32,000 bases of DNA from Magnetospirillum sp. 15-1 (GTDB lineage: Bacteria > Pseudomonadota > Alphaproteobacteria > Rhodospirillales > Magnetospirillaceae), in NCBI RefSeq assembly GCF_900184795.1, contig NZ_FXXN01000027.1, positions 501,336 to 533,335 of the forward strand, in the 5' to 3' direction. The notes below the pieces were generated by a model, which was not told the DNA's origin, did no database searches, and saw only the letters and a list, made by a program, of their open reading frames with translations. Both the position numbers and the translations under genes were made by a program. This document shows, one piece after another, positions 28,469 to 32,000 of this stretch (position 1 is the stretch's first letter; every line of letters begins with the position of its first letter).

Positions 28469-29059
28469 TTATTCAGGTCTATTGGCTGCCGTTCGATTTG
28501 GGGCCTGACTCAATTGGAGCGCCCGATAGACAGATGCCCGACCAATACCCAGCCGAGCGGCAATCTCGGACGCACCAACACCTTGCGCCTTCAACCGCAA
28601 CACCTCCTCGGCCTGCGCCATAGCGGTCGGCTTCCGTCCCTTGTACTTCCCCTGAGCCTTGGCCTTGGCGACACCCTCACGCTGGCGTTCGAGCATGATC
28701 TCGCGTTCCCAGCAGCTTATGCCGCCCAATAGGGTCAACATGAGCTTTCCCGTGGGCGTGCTGGTGTCGATCCCCATGTTCATGATACGCAAGCTGACCC
28801 CCTTCTTGCCCAGCACGTCGAGGATCGACAGCAGGTGGGGGACTGACCGCGCAAGCCTCGACAGATCGGTAACCAAAGCCGTGTCGCCCTCGCGGACAAA
28901 ATCGAGCAGCGCAGCAAGCTGCTCACGAGCGACGACATCAACCGATGACACCTGCTCCTGGAAAATCTTTTCGCATCCTGCCGCCATCAGGTCTCGGACC
29001 TGGGCCTCAATGGATGCCTTCTGATCCAACGTGGATGTCCTCGCGTATCCGACCAACAT
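28469..29059 (-). CDS. serine recombinase (resolvase/DNA invertase, Hin/Pin/Tn3-resolvase family)
   Basis: ORF 28469..29080 trimmed to the ATG at 29059. MLVGYARTSTLDQ carries the catalytic Ser context. DLSRLARS and GGISCWEREIMLERQREG are present, as is a C-terminal HTH (GASEIAARLGIGRASVYRAL). Confidence 0.9.
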   Translation of the reverse strand: MLVGYARTSTLDQKASIEAQVRDLMAAGCEKIFQEQVSSVDVVAREQLAALLDFVREGDTALVTDLSRLARSVPHLLSILDVLGKKGVSLRIMNMGIDTSTPTGKLMLTLLGGISCWEREIMLERQREGVAKAKAQGKYKGRKPTAMAQAEEVLRLKAQGVGASEIAARLGIGRASVYRALQLSQAPNRTAANRPE

Positions 29060-29077
29060 GACAGCCTCGAATTGTAC

Positions 29078-29141
29078 CAATAGACATTAAAGGCATTATA
29101 GATAATTTGTCTCAAAAGTCAAAAAGCTGTCTATTGAGACA
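29078..29141. promoter_or_regulatory. res-like cluster of TGTCT/AGACA half-sites directly upstream of the serine recombinase gene
   Basis: caatagaca (29078-29086) pairs with tgtctattg (29128-29136). tgtctcaa (29108-29115) pairs with ttgagaca (29134-29141). The half-site shape resembles TGTCY-type resolvase binding sites. Confidence 0.45.
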
Positions 29142-29299
29142 CGAGGGTGACGCTGCTGGAATGCCTCAGATGACCCTGCCTCAATGAGATGGAGGGGCAG
29201 CGTGTGCCGCGCCGATCATGGCACAAGAGGGGTCTCGTTATAGTTGATTTATGACTGCGCCAAGCTAGAATGCTTGTTGCGTATAAGCGGAGGAACGGC

Positions 29300-30301
29300 A
29301 TGGCATTCTTGTTCTGCAATATCGGTTGGATGAGCCGATATGAGGGCTTAAGTGGGCAGCCAGATAAGATCGTTGGCGGCGGTGCCCATGTCGTTCTGAA
29401 TGAATCCGGACATGAAGTCTGCAACTTTGTCAAATGTGACAACGGAAGTGTTTATGGACATGTCGAGACCATAAAAGGGGATGTCGATAGGTCCATTAAC
29501 ATTGCGAGGCTTGGTGCCGATACCGATGCAGATTTCATTGATAGCGTTGATATCATATGGACGGCAACAGACCCGGTTGAAGGTAGTCGCCGTGTAATTG
29601 GTTGGTATCGTAACGCTACAGTTTACCGCGAGCGTCAGGTATTTGATGCCTTTCCCTCTCGCCAACACAAGAGGGATGATATTACAACATTCCGGATTGT
29701 CGCGGCATGCGCTAACGTTTATTTGTTGCCATTAGAAGCGCGAAGAATTGCGTTAAAATCTGGTTCCGCAGGTTGGATGGGGCATGCCCAGTGGTGGTAT
29801 CCGGATGAAGCTATTCCCGAGATTTCATTGTTTCTAAAAAGCGTCAAGGCGCTAATGGATGGAAGCAAGAGATACTGCATTGAGCTTTCATCGGAAGAGG
29901 AGCTAAATACATCTGTCGATGTTCTTGCAAAGGCAAGAGTCGGGCAGGATAAATTCCGGCGTGGACTTATTAAAAGATGGGGGAAATGCTCGGTTACCGG
30001 CTGTGGGGCGATCAATTTGTTAGTTGCATCCCACATAAAGCCATGGCGTCACTCTACGGACGTCGAGCGCCTTGATATCGACAATGGTCTGCTTCTATCC
30101 CCAAACCTAGATGCCGCATTTGATGCTGGACTTATTTGCTTCGACGACAATGGAAACATAATAATATCGCAAAAGATTGAGAAAGAAGCCTGCATTGCCC
30201 TTGGCTTATCAGGCAGCATGTCGATTGGGAAGCGGCTAAACGCTGCGCAAAGAGAGTACATTCGGTCCCACCGAGAGCTTCATCGTGAAAATTTTCAATA
30301 G
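29300..30301 (+). CDS. HNH endonuclease (HNH_2-type C-terminal domain) with an unrecognised ~230-aa N-terminal domain
   Basis: ORF 29270..30301 trimmed to the ATG at 29300, after GGAGGA. The C-terminus GQDKFRRGLIKRWGKCSVTGCGAINLLVASHIKPW...NGLLLSPNLDAAFDAGLICFDDNG matches the GQxxFR...AAHIkP...NGllL...FD pattern of HNH_2 restriction-type nucleases. Confidence 0.8.
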   Translation: MAFLFCNIGWMSRYEGLSGQPDKIVGGGAHVVLNESGHEVCNFVKCDNGSVYGHVETIKGDVDRSINIARLGADTDADFIDSVDIIWTATDPVEGSRRVIGWYRNATVYRERQVFDAFPSRQHKRDDITTFRIVAACANVYLLPLEARRIALKSGSAGWMGHAQWWYPDEAIPEISLFLKSVKALMDGSKRYCIELSSEEELNTSVDVLAKARVGQDKFRRGLIKRWGKCSVTGCGAINLLVASHIKPWRHSTDVERLDIDNGLLLSPNLDAAFDAGLICFDDNGNIIISQKIEKEACIALGLSGSMSIGKRLNAAQREYIRSHRELHRENFQ

Positions 30302-30311
30302 TAATTTCGTC

Positions 30312-31085
30312 TTAACACGAAAATCTATCTGGAAGAGCAAGTAAGAGATAATCAGCAACCAGATCGCTTGTTGTTATCGGCTTTATTCTGATGTCCCCGC
30401 CTCTAGGTCTGTCAAGAATGATGCCAAACCGAGCGTTTCCTCCAATCGTAAGAGCAAGCAGACCGCGTAGCTTATATTGTGTAAGGCCAAAAACACCAAA
30501 AAGATGCTTGTCTGGCAACGTATCCCAAAAAGCCTCTGCATGGCGCTTCGAGATGAAGAGCGGTATTTCAACGGGGCTTCCCTTCGGGAGCGCATACATG
30601 GTTCCCGTACCCTCCATTGTATTTTCAGAAAGTTCTGCAATATACCAGAACGGCTCTCCAATACAGTGGCCCTGGGGAATAAAGTTCGTCGTTATGTGGG
30701 AGATTAGCAAATCATTTAGTGACGGGATTTTATCTGCCGTCAACAGCAGCACCCCCAGGCGGGACGCCACTAAATGAGCGCCAGATTGATAGCCGCTTCT
30801 TGAGATAAAAACGCCAACAACCTCCTGCCCTATATTCTTAATCTTTTGATGAAATTCAAGCACCCTTCCCTGGTCAACAGGTGCTTTCCAGTCCTTGCAT
30901 TCAATTGCAACTCTGTGCCTGAACCCGGCATGAATGAACTCATAATAAACATCAACTTCATATGTCTCTCCGGACGGAAGTTTAAATACCGTTCTCCGGG
31001 AGACCTGTATATTTTCTCCTTTTAAATTAAGTATTGTTGAATAAACAAAGTGAACATAGTCCTCAAAAGCATCTCCGGCCCCCAT
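30312..31085 (-). CDS. restriction endonuclease-fold (PD-(D/E)xK, Mrr-like) protein with an unrecognised C-terminal domain
   Basis: ORF 30312..31214 trimmed to the ATG at 31085, after GAGGGGGA. YEVDVYYEF...RVAIECKDW fits a D...E-x-K nuclease core as in Mrr_cat. The C-terminal ~130 aa are unknown. Confidence 0.65.
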   Translation of the reverse strand: MGAGDAFEDYVHFVYSTILNLKGENIQVSRRTVFKLPSGETYEVDVYYEFIHAGFRHRVAIECKDWKAPVDQGRVLEFHQKIKNIGQEVVGVFISRSGYQSGAHLVASRLGVLLLTADKIPSLNDLLISHITTNFIPQGHCIGEPFWYIAELSENTMEGTGTMYALPKGSPVEIPLFISKRHAEAFWDTLPDKHLFGVFGLTQYKLRGLLALTIGGNARFGIILDRPRGGDIRIKPITTSDLVADYLLLALPDRFSC

Positions 31086-31098
31086 TCTATTCCCCCTC

Positions 31099-31605
31099 TC
31101 ACCCCCGAAGCGTCTGGAGTCTCTCGTTGAGCAACTTGCGTGGTAGCCGAATCTTCGGATCAGATGCCAATCGCTCCAGCCCAGCCAGCATAGCCTCCTT
31201 CGATACGACGGCATGCTCGATCATCAAGTCGATGAGCCAAATCAGGCCATGAACCTCAATGGACTTGCTCTCGGCCACTCGGCGCAGGCGGCGGTCCCCC
31301 GTCATCAAAATACATTGGCGCACTTCGGCGAGGGTCAGGGCGAAGCAGTCCTGGCGCGACAATTCCGCACGAAACTCGCTGGTGTAGGCAAATGCTGTCG
31401 TGACGCCCTTTCCGTCCAGCGCCCCTTCCTTGAAACCCAGTGCCAGCAATTGGTCGGCAGTGTAGGAGCCAAGGTCCAATAGCTCCTCCGCCACCATCAC
31501 ATCGGGAATGACGAATTCAAAAGGCAGCAGCAGGGCCGCCTCAACCAAGCCGGTCTTCGCAAGGTCCATCAGGACCGAGCTATCACTGATGACGATCCGG
31601 GCCAT
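31099..31605 (-). CDS. PIN-domain protein (DUF3368/COG2405-like), putative toxin
   Basis: RIVISDSSVLMDLAKTGLVEAALLLPFEFVIPDVMVAEEL matches the DUF3368-type PIN N-terminus. MTGDRRL supplies a distal acidic residue. Its start overlaps the upstream gene by 23 nt. Confidence 0.65.
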   Translation of the reverse strand: MARIVISDSSVLMDLAKTGLVEAALLLPFEFVIPDVMVAEELLDLGSYTADQLLALGFKEGALDGKGVTTAFAYTSEFRAELSRQDCFALTLAEVRQCILMTGDRRLRRVAESKSIEVHGLIWLIDLMIEHAVVSKEAMLAGLERLASDPKIRLPRKLLNERLQTLRG

Positions 31606-32000
31606 TGATCAACCCCACCATCGCGGCCTCGATCTGTCGAACGGGGATTTGAAGCAGTTCTGCCGCCTTCGTTTGATTGATGAGGTCTTCGGCCAAGGCT
31701 CGATAGCAAAGCCGTTGGAACCGCTTTGGCTTCTCAAACTCTCCCCGCTGATCCGGCATTTCCAGAGGTTTCGGTTCGTTGGAACGCCAAGTCCGTCCGA
31801 TGGTCTGAAAAATCCTGATGAGATAGTCGTTGCTGATAATGCCGAGGTCGCGGCATCGCACCACGAAAGCAGCCGCGCTGACGCGGTAAAGGCGCTTGGT
31901 CGCCACGACCTCTTCCACCCCGAAACGATGGCGAGAGTGGCCGACTTCCTGCAAAACATGCTGCGGAGGCTGGAGCAGTGCCCCGGCGAACCTATTGGCT
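31583..32000 (-). CDS. ImmA/IrrE-family (COG2856-like) protein, C-terminal part; the gene continues beyond the right edge
   Basis: The frame is open to the window edge. The reverse complement of 31940-32000 reads ANRFAGALLQPPQHVLQEV, matching the E-x-AN-x-FA-x-x-LL-x-P motif that follows HExxH in ImmA/IrrE proteins. The track ORF start at 31954 is only an internal Met. Confidence 0.55.
   Translation of the reverse strand, partial: ANRFAGALLQPPQHVLQEVGHSRHRFGVEEVVATKRLYRVSAAAFVVRCRDLGIISNDYLIRIFQTIGRTWRSNEPKPLEMPDQRGEFEKPKRFQRLCYRALAEDLINQTKAAELLQIPVRQIEAAMVGLINGPDRHQ

Larger units (their letters stand above)
7760..32000. mobile_element. integrase-associated mosaic genomic (defence) island; left border approximate, right end outside the window
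   Basis: GC drops from ~63% (line 6001) to ~50% (line 8401) and 43-45% (lines 15541 and 30481). It carries one P4-type integrase, a second tyrosine recombinase, a serine recombinase, R-M genes, nucleases and toxin-type genes. No att repeat could be identified by eye. Confidence 0.6.

Noticed and set aside
31925-31954. QEVGH read as a degenerate HExxH zinc site, and Met at 31954 as the gene start
   Set aside because: In ImmA/IrrE proteins HExxH lies upstream of the E-x-AN-x-FA motif. Here the AN-x-FA motif is itself at the window edge, so the true metal site and start must lie beyond 32000.

Overview
The window has two parts.

(1) Positions 1 to ~7550 are GC-rich chromosomal backbone. One 60-nt line hand-counts at ~63% GC. 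The host looks like an alphaproteobacterium, but that is inference only. This part holds an apparently complete pseudaminic-acid pathway: pseI (partial), pseG, then divergently pseH, pseB, pseC and a PseF/SpsF-like cytidylyltransferase. It also holds the NADP-malic enzyme gene maeB. Two intergenic palindromic elements built from CAC[C/G]AAG heptamers lie here as well.

(2) Positions ~7760 to 32000 are a mosaic genomic island of lower, variable GC (spot counts 43-60%). The island runs off the right edge of the window. It opens with a P4-type tyrosine integrase, and I can find no tRNA or tmRNA target next to it. Its contents are mainly defence-type genes.

- A co-directional minus-strand array spans 19779 to 9608: hsdR, a low-GC SEC-C-motif gene, hsdM, hsdS, a zinc-ribbon protein with an Rx4H (HEPN-like) motif, a class III nucleotidyl cyclase fused to an unrecognised C-terminal domain, and two paralogous zinc-ribbon proteins. 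One of those two is a 54-aa ORF absent from the supplied ORF track.
- Next come a SpoVG-like gene, two small secreted proteins and a short catalytic-domain-only tyrosine recombinase.
- An ~800-bp AT-rich non-coding gap follows.
- A block of ORFans includes a translationally coupled four-gene operon.
- A Hin/resolvase-type serine recombinase sits beside a res-like site.
- A methylase-less HNH and PD-(D/E)xK nuclease pair lies in convergent orientation.
- An ImmA/IrrE-like plus PIN pair is cut by the window edge.

I found no rRNA, tRNA or CRISPR array.

The best candidate for an undescribed system is the cyclase fusion with its zinc-ribbon genes (9608-11288). The two extra genes embedded in or appended to the type I R-M operon come next. 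All family calls come from motif recognition by eye; no database search was run.
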